NCBI GenBank assembly: GCA_951406725.2
Contig: OX597816.1
Span: forward strand, 155,558,001-155,622,000
Direction: 5' to 3'
Source: Octopus vulgaris
Lineage: Eukaryota
Length of the DNA stretch: 64,000 nucleotides
Shown here: in pieces, positions 43,200-55,194 of the stretch
How positions within the stretch are numbered: position 1 is the stretch's first letter
Layout: each line of letters starts with the position of its first letter
Notes under the pieces: model-generated
The model's database searches: none
The model's input: only the letters and a program-made list of their open reading frames with translations
What the model was told of the DNA's origin: nothing
Translations under genes and position numbers: made by a program

Positions 43200-43592
43200 T
43201 TAATGCCCCCTTTTACATGCTCATGTGGACTGGGCAGAATATGGCTGGATGACCTTTCTTAAGTCAATACTCCTGTTTCCAAGTTAAGGTAATATTTTTA
43301 TCCCATGACTGGACATGTGTCAGAATATGGAGGGCACTGTTTGCCTGATGGAGGCACTTGCTTACAACTGTCATGTGATGTCAAGATGAGAAGACTGTAA
43401 AAACACACACACACACACACACATATATAAACACAATAGGTTTTTTTTTCAGTTTCCATCAACCATATCCAGTCACAAGGCTTGGTCAGTCTAGAGCTAT
43501 AGTAGAAGACACTTGCCCAAAGTGCCACACAGTGAAACTGAACCTGAAACCATGTGGTTGGGAAGCAAACTTCTTACCACACAACCATGCAC
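43200..43592 (-). mobile_element. Diverged tRNA-derived SINE
   Basis: GAAGACACTTGCCCAA..CTGAACC..ACCATGTGGTTG head on minus strand. Confidence 0.8.
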
Positions 43593-44089
43593 AAATCTAT
43601 GAAAACCTAAATTTGTTTCAAAATAAAAAGATATATTTGTTGTTAAAGTGTATGATTTATGCATAGTTAATGAAGTTGAGCAGAAATACAAGAATGGAAT
43701 AGCAGTAATAATATTGTATGAGTTTATGGACAAACAGAACTGCAAAGTGACTAAATCAAGCCATTAAAGTATAATAAAACAACAAATCCAAAATTCAATG
43801 TAAATAGAAAAGAAAGGAAAAAACAAGAGATAAAAGGAGAAAAATTAAAAGTATTAAAAAGAGCACTTGAAGCCTAAAGTATCTAGTTTTTAACAGCTGC
43901 TGTGGAATTGTAACAGTGACATGGTCATAGAAGTGTATTGAAAATTATCAACACCTCAGGGAATAAATGAAACATGCATGTAACAATTTACCTGTGTTTT
44001 TAAAAATGTGAAAATGGTACTTCTAAAATGTAATGGTGAAACACACACGCATGTAGACAGATTTGAGTGTGTGTGTGTGTTTATATATA

Positions 44090-44925
44090 TGTGATCTGAT
44101 CAATAAGTACGTGGGCTGTTACCATAGTAATAAAGCTAAAACACACAGACTGAAGCCGCTTGGCATAGATTGACCTTGAACTCTGCTGTGCATGCACACT
44201 AAGTTTTAATGTTCTAGCTCACTTTCGTTGTTTACAGCAGTGCTTGGAAGGAACATGTGTAGCATTTACCATGACTCTGCATCAACCTTTGTCAAAAGCT
44301 TGGTGATACCTGCTCAGAGGCCAATGCAAATTTGCAGAAAGTGTATGGAGAGGAGTGTATGAGCTGAAAAAAATGTTGATAGTATCAAACATTCTGGGAG
44401 ACTGGTAACCAACAGAACTGAGAAAAACATGCCGGTGTATGTGCAGTTGTGAGGGGAAATTATCGAATCACCATCCATGAGTCATCAGAGGATGTGCAGT
44501 TCAGCCATTATCACTGAAGATTTGGGTATGCGGCGCATTTCTGCCAAGTTTATGCCAAAACTATTTTTCAGCTGACAACACACCTGTCTGTTCAGCACAG
44601 CTTGTGCAGCAGTTTTTGGCTAGGCTCAGCGTTCCCCAGGTCAAAAAGCCACAGTATTCCCCAGACCTCACCCGTTGCAACTTTTTCCTCTTTCCTAAAA
44701 TTAAATCCTGCTTGAAAGCAAGATTTCAGGATGTCAAAGAAATCAAAGTGATTACAAAGAGGCAGCTGCTGATTATCCCAGCAAACGAATTTCAGGAATG
44801 TTTCCATCAATGGAAACAGCACTGGATTAAGTATGTGGCCTTTGAAGGATATTAAATGCCAAATTGGTATGTATTGTAGTTTTGTATTTATAGCACCAAT
44901 CCGGATACTTATTGATCGGACCTCG
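44090..44925 (+). mobile_element. Internally deleted mariner element with TIRs
   Basis: TIRs TGTGATCTGATCAATAAGTA / TACTTATTGATCGGACCTCG flanked by TA; PQYSPDLTRCNFFLFPKIK..EFQECF..WKQHW..EGY. Confidence 0.9.
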
Positions 44926-44944
44926 TATATATATTTAATCTTTT

Positions 44945-45215
44945 ATCTTATACTTGTTTCAGTCACTAGACTGTGGCCATGCTGGGGCATCACCTTGAGA
45001 TATTAGTTTCAAATTTTGGTAGAAGGCCAAGTTCAGGGAAGGTGATAAGTCAATAGCATTGATCCCCAGTACTCAACTGGTACTTATTTTATCGATCCCG
45101 AAAGGATGAAAGGCAAATTTGGCCTCAGTAGAATTTGAACTCTGATTGTAAAGACGGATAGAATGCCGCTAAGCATTTTGCCTAGTATACTAATGATTCT
45201 GCAAGCTTGCTCCCT
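44945..45215 (-). mobile_element. Nin-like SINE with CR1/L2-type tail
   Basis: GTACTTATTTTATCGATCCCGAAAGGATGAAAGGC core; TACTTGTTTCAGTC..GGCCATGCTGG tail. Confidence 0.8.
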
Positions 45216-45225
45216 TGATACATAC

Positions 45226-45270
<45 letters not shown>

Positions 45271-45861
45271 CACACGCATACACACATACATACATAAATA
45301 TATATATATTGTATAAAAGATCATGGGTAAGGCCAAAACAATGCAAAGTAAATGCAAGGTAAATCACAAGAAAACAAATATGTAAATTAATGTAGACTTC
45401 CCTTGTATTCAATATTTCAAGGATATGAACCCATTTTCAAGAAATTGATGAATGTTGTCAATGTGTGTGAGCGTGTAATTATTCATTATAATATATATAA
45501 ATAGATGGGTGTATTTTTACCTTGTTAACAATTAACACGGAAAAAATAAATAAATAGTTACCAATTGTAAACATTGGCAAAAATACACATTTAGTGCATA
45601 TAAGTAGTCTATCATTATATATAATTTAAACTTTAATTTCCTTTATATTTAACATTCACTATTAATATCCCTACTCTTTCTGTAAGCTACTTATGACGTT
45701 ATATCATATAACGTTTTAAACAATATTAATAGCTTATGACGTTATATCATATAACGTTTATACCATTTATTTTTTAAACAATATTAATAGCGTTCAGTCA
45801 ATCGCTATACAAATCCATCATTTTTTTTAGCTGCTAAAATGTCTTATTGACGAGTTTCATT

Positions 45862-45956
45862 TTTTTCACTTTCCTGAAGAGAAGATTGCATTGTTTATAC
45901 CATTTATTCTTTTGAATAGTATCTGTGGAATTTTCGAAACATGTCGAAAGTAAAAA
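45862..45956 (+). ncRNA. Minimal type I hammerhead ribozyme with canonical core and long stem II
   Basis: ACTTTC-CTGAAGA-GAAGATT..(TATTC/GAATA)..AATTTTC-GAAA-CATG-TC-GAAAGT: perfect 6 bp stem I, palindromic ACATGT stem III, GUC cleavage triplet at 45943-45945. Confidence 0.85.
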
Positions 45957-45993
45957 TATTTGCTTTACACCTGTGTTAAACTCCATTTATTTA

Positions 45994-46038
<45 letters not shown>

Positions 46039-46055
46039 GAATAATTACATGCTCG

Positions 46056-46108
<53 letters not shown>

Positions 46109-46304
46109 GTAATAATGATAATAAAAGATAAAATTTTAAAATAAATTTATCAGTGGCCAGCATATAAAAATAGACTGATTAAGGTGAAATCATATATATA
46201 TAATTATTATTATTAAGGACATAGAGATGATTTAGCATCTATCTTCAGCATATAGGCTTGAAAATATATTTCTATGCCTTTAATTATAATTACACATATA
46301 CTAA

Positions 46305-47402
46305 ACAGAGGCCGGTTTATCAACAGACTGCCATGTTGTTGATTGAAGAGTACTAATTAAGAAATCGGTCTTTCTGATGATAAAACATCCTTTCCAGAAA
46401 CATGTTGGACATCACATGGTATCACGTGATGACAGTGTCCTGGATCTGAAGAGATGAACTGAATATCTCATGTGACCACCATTAACATTGATTACTGCCA
46501 GTAATCTTCTGTATATTGAATGCACCAAACAATTGATGAAGGCCATGGGAATAACAGCCCACACTCTGTTAAATCTTGCAGTGAGTTTTGCCACAGTTGT
46601 TGGTCATGGATGGATGTCATTTAGCCTTTTCTGGATTTTGTTCCACAGGTGCTCTATGGGGTTCAAGTCCGGACTTAGGGACAGGCCATAGCAGTGTTTG
46701 GTTTTTGTGCTGTTGGAAGAAGTCAATTGTCAACCTAGCAGTATGGGCATGGGTGTTGTTATGCTGGAACATGTAATTCAGATGACGAGCAAAGTATGAC
46801 ACAATGTGAAGCCTCAACACTTGGTTGATGTAGTGAGCAGTGGTGACTCCATTGTTCCTGTCTTGCCTGATGTTTTGGAAGACCACGGGCTCAAGTTTCT
46901 TGTTGAGTGCAATCCCGCCTCATACCATGATGCTCTGTCTTTCTCATGAGTCTCTCTCCACCACATAGCCATTGCCATAACATCCACCCCTTCTTCTCCA
47001 AACCCTAGCTCTGCCATCTGCCACAGAAATGCAATATTGACTTTTGTCGGTGAAGACTACAGTCCTCCACTGCTGATATCATCAGTTCTGACGTTTTTGA
47101 GCCCACATCAGACGTGCCCATTAATGATATGTGAGGATGGGGCCCCTAGCTGGATGTCAACAAGGCAGTTTGAAAGATCTCAACTACCGGTGAACTATCT
47201 CTGCATAAATGGGTCTGTGGTGCGTCCTTATGTTTTACCTAGCTGATTCTGTTGCCCTCTGGAATAGGTCCTTTAAGTGCTGTCAGTGCATGTGGTGATC
47301 TTGACATGCTGTTGTTACCTTCAGTCAGCCACTGCATGGGCAGTCATCCATGCTGTTTTTGGCATTGTATCATTCCCGCAGCCACTCAGTTGTCTGAATA
47401 CT
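46305..47402 (-). mobile_element. Degenerate Tc1-like (DD34E) transposon
   Basis: FQHNNTHAHTARLTIDFF..LWP and SPDL.PIEHLW in shifted frames; C-terminal VINVNGGHMRY. Confidence 0.85.
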
Positions 47403-47800
47403 GCAGTTCTAAGTCCCATTAGTTCTTTCCCTCTAGTCGAAGGCAGCATGGAGACGTCTGCAATGGCTTGCTCCCTCTGATTTCTATGTATACGACCCTG
47501 TTCCTAGCTGTCTCCCGACAGAAAATGTGTTGCATATAAAAAGCTTAGGATTCTCGACCCCATGTCGAATTTATCGATTTGCAAAACTGGGGGAATCATG
47601 CTTTCAAAATTTGTGCGTTAGTTTTGCAATCCCTATGACATTGGGCTATGTGTGTGTCAAGTTTCATCAGAATCTGTGAAAGCTGTGGTCCTGAGGGTCA
47701 CATTACCTGACAGCCACACAGACAGACAAACTGCCGTTTATATATATAGAGATGACTCAGTTTAAGGAAAACAGAGAATATCCAATTTTTATTATGCAGC
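47403..47800 (-). repeat. Imperfect tandem duplicate of 47875-48270 (Helitron body plus flank)
   Basis: Shared GTTCCTAGCTGTCTCCCGACAGAAAATG..CAGCCACACAGACAGACAAACTGCC..GACTCAGTTTAAGGAAAACAGAG. Confidence 0.85.
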
Positions 47801-47824
47801 CTTTATAGTTCATTATATATACAA

Positions 47825-48221
47825 CTAGCAGCATAGCCCGGCATTGCCCGGGTAAGAGCCCCTAGTAGGCAACGACTAATCCCAATCTAGTTCTTTCCCT
47901 CTAGGGAACGAAGGCGCATGTGTAGGTTGCAATGTCTTCTTTTCACTCGAATACTTCTATGTATACGATGTTCCTAGCTGTCTCCCGACAGAAAATGTGT
48001 TGCATATAAAAAGCTTAGATTCTCGACCCCATGTCGAATTTATCGATTTTTTTTCAAAACTGGGGGAACTTTTCAAAATTTTCGCTGCGTTAGTTTTGAA
48101 TTATGACATTGGGCTATGTGTGTGTCAAGTTTCATCAGAATCGGTTGAAAGCTGTGGTCAGGGTGAGGGTACAACCTGACAGCCACACAGACAGACAAAC
48201 TGCCGTTTATATATATAGAGA
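47825..48221 (-). mobile_element. Non-autonomous Helitron
   Basis: Minus strand A|TCTCTATATATATAA start; 3' hairpin CCCGG(GCAATG)CCGGG followed by CTAG|T. Confidence 0.85.
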
Positions 48222-48950
48222 TGACTCAGTTTAAGGAAAACAGAGAATATCCAATTTTTTATTATGCAGCCATTTATGTTCTATTTTCACCTACATAACA
48301 TTTGTGCTGCTATCAAGGTGCATCTTCTGCATCTTTACAGAGTGTGGTGGAGGTTTCTTTCATGACATTGGCACTATTGAGGTTGCTGTGTAACTTGCAA
48401 GACAGAGAAAGAACAAGGAAGAAAGGAAAAAAGCTCCTGCTACTAAAAGTGGGGTATTTGAAAAAGGAACATGGAAATAAATGGCTTTATGCAAGTATTG
48501 AAAAGCTAAAGTGTGGTAGAGGGACAAACAGAGGTATATTGCAATAGAGGAGATACACAGCTGAAGAAGATAAAAGGATGGTAGTGATGGGGTGCTATGG
48601 CAAACTCTTAAGCTACAAGAAGGAAAGCATAAGCGAGGATACAGAGTGGGTCATAGAAGGGGATGACAGAGTGGATACTTTTGTCGGAGTGAAATTATAA
48701 AATATTGATGTAAGTTGTAGTATTGGAAATGTCAACCAGAAGATGAAATCATGAAACAATATCTTATTACTTGTATATTGAAATACCAAAAAAGCAACAA
48801 CCAGCCTTATTGCAAATATCAAGTAGATAATTAGTTTTTTTCTATTATCACAAAACATATTTAGAAAACAGAAAATTTCATTTTAGTATTCAGTTAACCA
48901 GAACTCTAATCAATTTGTGTGTGAAGATAAGTGTGTGTGTGGTGTGTGTA

Positions 48951-48984
<34 letters not shown>

Positions 48985-49817
48985 TACACACACCACACAC
49001 ACACTTATCTTCACGCATATATATATATGTGTGTGTGTGTGTTTGTACAGATGCAGACATTCATGCACACACACAAACACACACACAAATATATATCAGT
49101 AAAAATATATTAAAAGTAAGCTGGAACAAATCCAATATAGTGCTTTAAAGCTGGAATTCTAAGGTCAAATCCAAAGCAAGTCTGTGTAAGTATTAGATAT
49201 ATGGTGCAAATACGATGAACAACAAATAGAACAACACTGAAAAGCAGTGCTTGGCAAATAGGGTATTAGCTTATTGCTTTAATGGAAAGACAAAGAGCTG
49301 CTGGATTTCAATTAATCCTTCCTCAGAAGAAAGAAAGAAAGAAAGAAAGATTAGAGAAAATGAGAAAGAGAAATGGTCAGTGAGAAAGAAGATACTGGGT
49401 GAAGGATTAAAAACTAGGTGTGAATGCTGCTATAAAAGGGTGAGTTAAGCAGAGAGGGAGAGGTGGATGTGTAGGTGTAAGTGTAAGAACATCTTGGAAG
49501 TGGACATAAGAGGGTAGTGATGTGTGTGTGTGCATGTAGAATTCGTACAGTTTTCTTATATTTTGAAATTTTAGTTTAAACCTTGATACTTTCTTAAAAA
49601 TAACATTTCCACCTCCCTTCACAACTTATACATACATGCACATCAATAACACTAGCCACCTTGATACACACATGCACACACTCACACACATATACACACA
49701 AAAGTGTGAATGTACATGCAGCCCTGTATATGTGCATACACACACACACAAACACAGATTGATATCTTTCCTCCCTCACACTTGGTCTCACCTCCTCACA
49801 TACATGCTTTCATGCCC

Positions 49818-51245
49818 CTACTTCTCTATACATATATATATGTATGTATATAGTGAGAATTTACATATATATATATGTATATAGTGAGAATTCACAAAAA
49901 AAACGAAAAACAAAGACAGGTGTGTAAACAACAAACAGATGTATTAGTTTAACGCTTGGGAAGTGAGAAAGTCTTTCAAGTTTCGAGCCTACACTCTTCG
50001 ACAGAAAGGAACACAGAAATAAACAGAGAGAGAAAATAGAAAATGGTTTAGTGGCTAGCAATCTATCATCATTTCGAGTACCAAAGAAAATTGATGTAGA
50101 GCAGCTAAAGCAACCACAAGTTTTGCAGTTGTTTCAGAAGAGATGCAGCAATATTCATTTTGAAGGTTCATGGCAATCTTTCCGTGATGGAATATATAAA
50201 ATGAGATCAGAGGTGTTAGGTTTTAAGAGGAGACAACACTGAGACTGGTTTGATTCCAATGATACAGTGATAAATGAGCTTTTTTCAACAAAGAGGTCCA
50301 TTCGTGAAAAGCTTCTTGACCCAAACGTTAAGAACAAAGTGCCACTAGAAAAGTTGTACAAGTCTCAGAAAGCAGACTTGCAAAAAAAGAACTCAGGAGA
50401 CTTAAAGACACTTGATGGAGAAATTTGTCTGAGGAAGAACATGCAGCCCTGTATATGTGACAGGAAAGACATTAAAAGTTTCTATAGTTTATTGCGGCAA
50501 ACTTTTGAACCACAATCTTCATCTACTTCTCTATACATATATATATATGTATGTATATAGTGAGAATTTACATATATATATATGTATATAGTGAGAATTT
50601 ACATATATGTATATAGTGAGAATTCACAAAAAAAACGAAAAACAAAGACAGGTGTGTAAACAACAAACAGATGTATTAGTTTAACGCTTGGGAAGTGAGA
50701 AAGTCTTTCAAGTTTCGAGCCTACACTCTTCGACAGAAAGGAACACAGAAATAAACAGAGAGAGAAAATAGAAAATGGTTTAGTGGCTAGCAATCTATCA
50801 TCATTTCGAGTACCAAAGAAAATTGATGTAGAGCAGCTAAAGCAACCACAAGTTTTGCAGTTGTTTCAGAAGAGATGCAGTAATATTCATTTTGAAGGTT
50901 CATGGCAATCTTTCCGTGATGGAATATATAAAATGAGATCAGAGGTGTTAGGTTTTAAGAGGAGACAACACTGAGACTGGTTTGATTCCAATGATACAGT
51001 GATAAATGAGCTTTTTTCAACAAAGAGGTCCATTCGTGAAAAGCTTCTTGACCCAAACGTTAAGAACAAAGTGCCACTAGAAAAGTTGTACAAGTCTCAG
51101 AAAGCAGACTTGCAAAAAGAACTCAGGAGACTTAAAGACACTTGATGGAGAAATTTGTCTGAGGAAGAACAGGCAGCCTGTGACAGGAAAGACATTAAAA
51201 GTTTCTATAGTTTATTGCGGCAAACTTTTGAACCACAATCTTCAT
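49818..51245. repeat. Tandem duplication, ~710-730 bp unit (49818-50523 / 50524-51245)
   Basis: Duplicated ORFs 49861-50061/50599-50793 and 50051-50242/50783-50974. Confidence 0.95.
49973..50008 (-). ncRNA. Degenerate hammerhead motif in a PLE terminal fragment (copies at 50705-50740 and 53390-53424)
   Basis: Minus: CTTT-CTGTCGA-A-GAG(TGTAGG)CTC-GAAA-CT-TG-AAAG; same architecture and similar downstream tail to 892-926, but A6>U and a non-cleavable UG triplet. Confidence 0.5.
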
Positions 51246-52232
51246 CATCATATGTTCCCTTGAAGTCGAAAGATGGAAATGAGATTATTAAAGATCCTCC
51301 TGGAATAATGAATAGATGGACATCTGGTTGTATTTTTAATTTGACCCGGTTTAACTGCAAGGCAAAGACTTTCCAAATACTTGTAAGAGAATTACTTTAT
51401 GCTGATGCTGCTGATTTGTTGGCACACTCAGAGGGGGATATGCAACATTTAATGGACAGATTTTCCACTGCATGTGTACATTTCAGACTTACAATTAGTT
51501 TGGGGAAAACCAAAGTAATGTTTACTCCCATGCCAGGACAAACATATTCTGAACCAAACATTTTTGCGAATGGAACAAGGTTAGAACTTGTTGACACTTT
51601 TGTTTACCTAGGAAGCAAGTTATCAAGAGATAGTAGTTTTGATGCAGACATATGCTTTCCAATAGGGATGTGTTAGGGTTAGAGTACGGTTAGGGTTAGA
51701 GTAATGCCTGGGAGGAAAAGATGATTCAGCACTCTGAACTTAAAAGGACCTGTCGTAAAGGAACTATTCGAACCATAATCAACAGTGAACATTGGGTGTG
51801 TATTATATGTGACTGTGTTCTGTTGTCAAAAGCAGGATACGTGAATCATATGAGAAATACTTAGAGGAACAAATTTCACAATAGCAGGTTTTCATAGATT
51901 TAACTAAGGCATTTGACACGGTAAACAGGGAGGCACTGTGGGTTGTTTTGTGTAAACTTGGTTGTCCAACACATTTTGTGAGCATTTTTAAAGAACTACA
52001 CAGAAACATGAAAACTCAGGTAGTCTTTAATGGTGACCTACCTCATGAATTGGTCAACAACGGTATCACACAGGGTGATATTTCTGACCCTACAGGTGTG
52101 TGTGTTGATAGAACAGCTATCATCTCCTTTGGTATGCTTTCAAGGACTGCAACAGGAAATCAGAATCAGATTTTGGACATCTTGTCGTATTTTTAATTTG
52201 ACCCGGTTTAACTGCAAGGCAAAGACTTTCCA
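50060..52232 (+). mobile_element. Rearranged RTE LINE remnants
   Basis: VRELLYADAADL..LTISLGKTKVM..FVYLGS (51155-51676); FIDLTKAFDTVNREALW..LCKLGCP..QG (~51890-52090). Confidence 0.9.
51672..51702 (+). repeat. Short telomere-like (TTAGGG/TTAGAG) tract
   Basis: GTTAGGGTTAGAGTACGGTTAGGGTTAGAGTA. Confidence 0.55.
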
Positions 52233-52245
52233 GGATCCAATATAT

Positions 52246-53913
52246 AGCTACATGTATAAAGCTGATGTTGTCTGTGTGTGGCAAGTTTGGTAGCCTTCAA
52301 CTAACACTATCTCCTCCGAGACCCTGCAGTGCAAGTTGACCAAAATTTGACAGTATGATAGGAGAAGACTTGCTCTTCATTCTGTAGAACAAATTCAAAT
52401 CAGACCATGTTAAGACCAAAAATTATTTACATCAAAAAGGTGCTTTTTTTCTATGAAAATCCCTCTTTTTTACGATGTTTTGACTGCTGTGTCGCTATTT
52501 TTTAGTGTATTTCAACCAGAAAAATGTTCACTTAAAGAGAATAACAAGCTACATAGTTGAATGAGAAGATGCAATAGTAACGGCGTATCTTTTTTATCGG
52601 TTTAAGTGATTCTTATTTGTGGGTATGCCAGTCATAGAAGTTGTGCAATCTGCATGCTGTTACTATCTACGATGTTCAGGTCAAACCTTCAATGGGTATG
52701 TTTTGATTTTACAGATGTTTTTTAGTTATACATGATGTAAAATAGTTGATTTTATTCATTTTACAGGTACAACCACGATTCATGTTGCCTACCTGTTTGG
52801 CTTTAAAATAACATTTTTGTATTTTTTTTTGTAACCACAAACTGTTCTTACTAAGATTAGAGAAAAGAAAGATTAGAGAAAATGAGAAAGAGAAATGGTC
52901 AGTGAGAAAGAAGATAGTGGACATAAGAGGGTAGTGATGTGTGTGTGTGCATGTAGAATTCGTACAGTTTTCTTATATTTTGAAATTTTAGTTTAAACCT
53001 TGATACTTTCTTAAAAATAACATTTCCACCTCCCTTCACAACTTATACATACATGCACATCAATAACACTAGCCACCTTGATACACACATGCACACACTC
53101 ACACACATATACACACAAAAGTGTGAATGTACATGCAGCCCTGTATATGTGCATACACACACACACAAACACAGATTGATATCTTTCCTCCCTCACACTT
53201 GGTCTCACCTCCTCACATACATGCTTTCATGCCCCTACTTCTCTATACATATATATATGTATGCATATAGTGAGAATTTACATATATATATATGTATATA
53301 GTGAGAATTCACAAAAAAAACGAAAAACAAAGACAGGTGTGTAAACAACAAACAGATGTATTAGTTTAACGCTTGGGAAGTGAGAAAGTCTTTCAAGTTT
53401 CGATCTACACTCTTCGACAGAAAGGAACACAGAAATAAACAGAGAGAGAAAATAGAAAATGGTAGATGTAAAATAGTTGATTTTATTCATTTTACAGGTA
53501 CAACCACGATTCATGTTGCCTACCTGTTTGGCTTTAAAATAACATTTTTGTATTTTTTTTTGTAACCACAAACTGTTCTTACTAACGTTTTGGAGTTTCC
53601 TGTACTTTTTCTTAATGAATACTGTTGCAGTATTAACTTCTTAATAGATTTTCAGTGCAGTTTGAAACTTCATTTTGCTTTAAATCTACAGGTAATTTTT
53701 TTCTCCATAATGTTAATAGAAGGAATATTTAACCAACAATTGAAGTTGGCATTACACATTTGCAGCACATTCAGAGCAAACTCGAGTATCGCCACACTAT
53801 ACTTTTATTCATAGATTGAAACTATGTCAAAACTTTGTTAATGCGACATCAAAGTCTACCGTTTTAAGCGCAACTAAAAAACAATCCCGAGCGATGCTGG
53901 GCTATACTGCTAG
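52246..53913 (+). mobile_element. Non-autonomous Helitron carrying an inserted local copy (52855-53464)
   Basis: 5' CTACATGTATAAAGCTG..GTCTGTGTGTGGC similar to the Helitron at 47825-48221; 3' hairpin CCCGAGC(GAT)GCTGGG then CTAG|T at 53910-53914. Confidence 0.7.
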
Positions 53914-53949
53914 TATATATATATATATATATATATATGCATGTATATA

Positions 53950-54140
53950 TTTATCTGTTTGTGTCTGTGTTTGTCCAATGTTGGTGTGTTTATATCCCTG
54001 TAACTCAGCAGTTCACCAAAAGATACCAATAGAATATCGAGAATAAGTCCCTGGGTTGATTTCTTTGACTAAAAACCCTTTAAGGCAGTGCTCCAGCATG
54101 GTTGCAGTCAAGTTACTAAAGCAAGTAAAAGAATGAAAGA
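53950..54140 (+). mobile_element. SINE 3' half
   Basis: GTGCTCCAGCATGG..AAGTAAAAGAATGAAAGA tail. Confidence 0.75.
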
Positions 54141-54589
54141 ATTAGGTTTGCAGATATGTCTTTGCTTATATGTAAAAATTAAGCCTTTTCTTATATTCAA
54201 ATGTCACACACACACACTTGAAAGTAGCATCAGTTTAGCAATTCTAGTAACATTGGCAATAGTTTTGTATTTTCCTTCATGATTCATATGCCATGCACAT
54301 ATATAATCATAATCTCACAACCCTATCCTTAGTAATAAGTGATAAGCTCATGAATGTTAATTATGTGCTATATATAAAAAACAGAAGATTAAGAACACAG
54401 TGGTGAGGCTAATATTAGCAAAATGACAAATAAAACTCTCCTGTGATCATAACATTATGTATAAATAAATTTGAGTCAATAAACTTTTAAAAAAACATAT
54501 TAGTACGAATGTTAATGTCACTAAAAATTGATATTAAAAAGGTAAGATGCTGTAAGTTATCCATTTCTCTGTGTATACATCAATTATTA

Positions 54590-55008
54590 ACGAAAATGTA
54601 CCACCATGCATTTTGGGAGGAAAAACCCAGCATCTACTTACTCCATCCACAACGCTAACCTCAAACAGTCTTTGTGTGAACGTGACCTGGGCATTATTGT
54701 CGACAGCGATTTGCGTTGGACAAAACACATCGCCAAAATTGCCAAGAAGGCTGAGGGTGTCTTGGCATCACTCACCAAGTCCTTTGTGAGCCGCTCTCTG
54801 GCTATCTATCTGAGGCTTTATATAGCTATGGTACGATCTCACCTGGAATTTGCATCACCGGTCTGGAAACCCTATCTTATCATCTGGAAGCCGTTCAGTG
54901 ACATGTAACCAAGAGAATACTCTCCATCAGGCATTTACCATAGTCTGAACGCCTTACTTCCCAGGGCATGGACACATTGAAACTCCTACGTCTGGCAGCT
55001 GACTTGGC
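54590..55008 (+). mobile_element. CR1 LINE ORF2 C-terminal fragment
   Basis: MHFGRKN..ERDLGIIVDSDL..VRSHLEFASPVWKPY. Confidence 0.9.
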
Positions 55009-55128
55009 TTATGTTAAAAGAACCATTTTCAGTAAACTTAAACAAACATTTTTATAATTATAAGTATAATCATAATTAGGGTTCAGCAAAAAATTTGCTT
55101 CAACACATACAGAAATTTAGAAATAGCA

Positions 55129-55194
55129 GTTAAAACTAGCTATTTCTCTACCATAAGAAAATTTTCTTATGGTAGAGAAAAAGCTAGTTTTAAC
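55129..55194. repeat. 66 bp near-perfect palindrome
   Basis: GTTAAAACTAGCTATTTCTCTACCATAAGAAAA / TTTTCTTATGGTAGAGAAAAAGCTAGTTTTAAC, one mismatch, no spacer. Confidence 0.95.

Noticed and set aside
46215-46255. Minus-strand CTGAAGA followed by hairpin AGATG/CATCT
   Set aside because: No GAAA or stem III after stem II; at most a truncated HHR relic.
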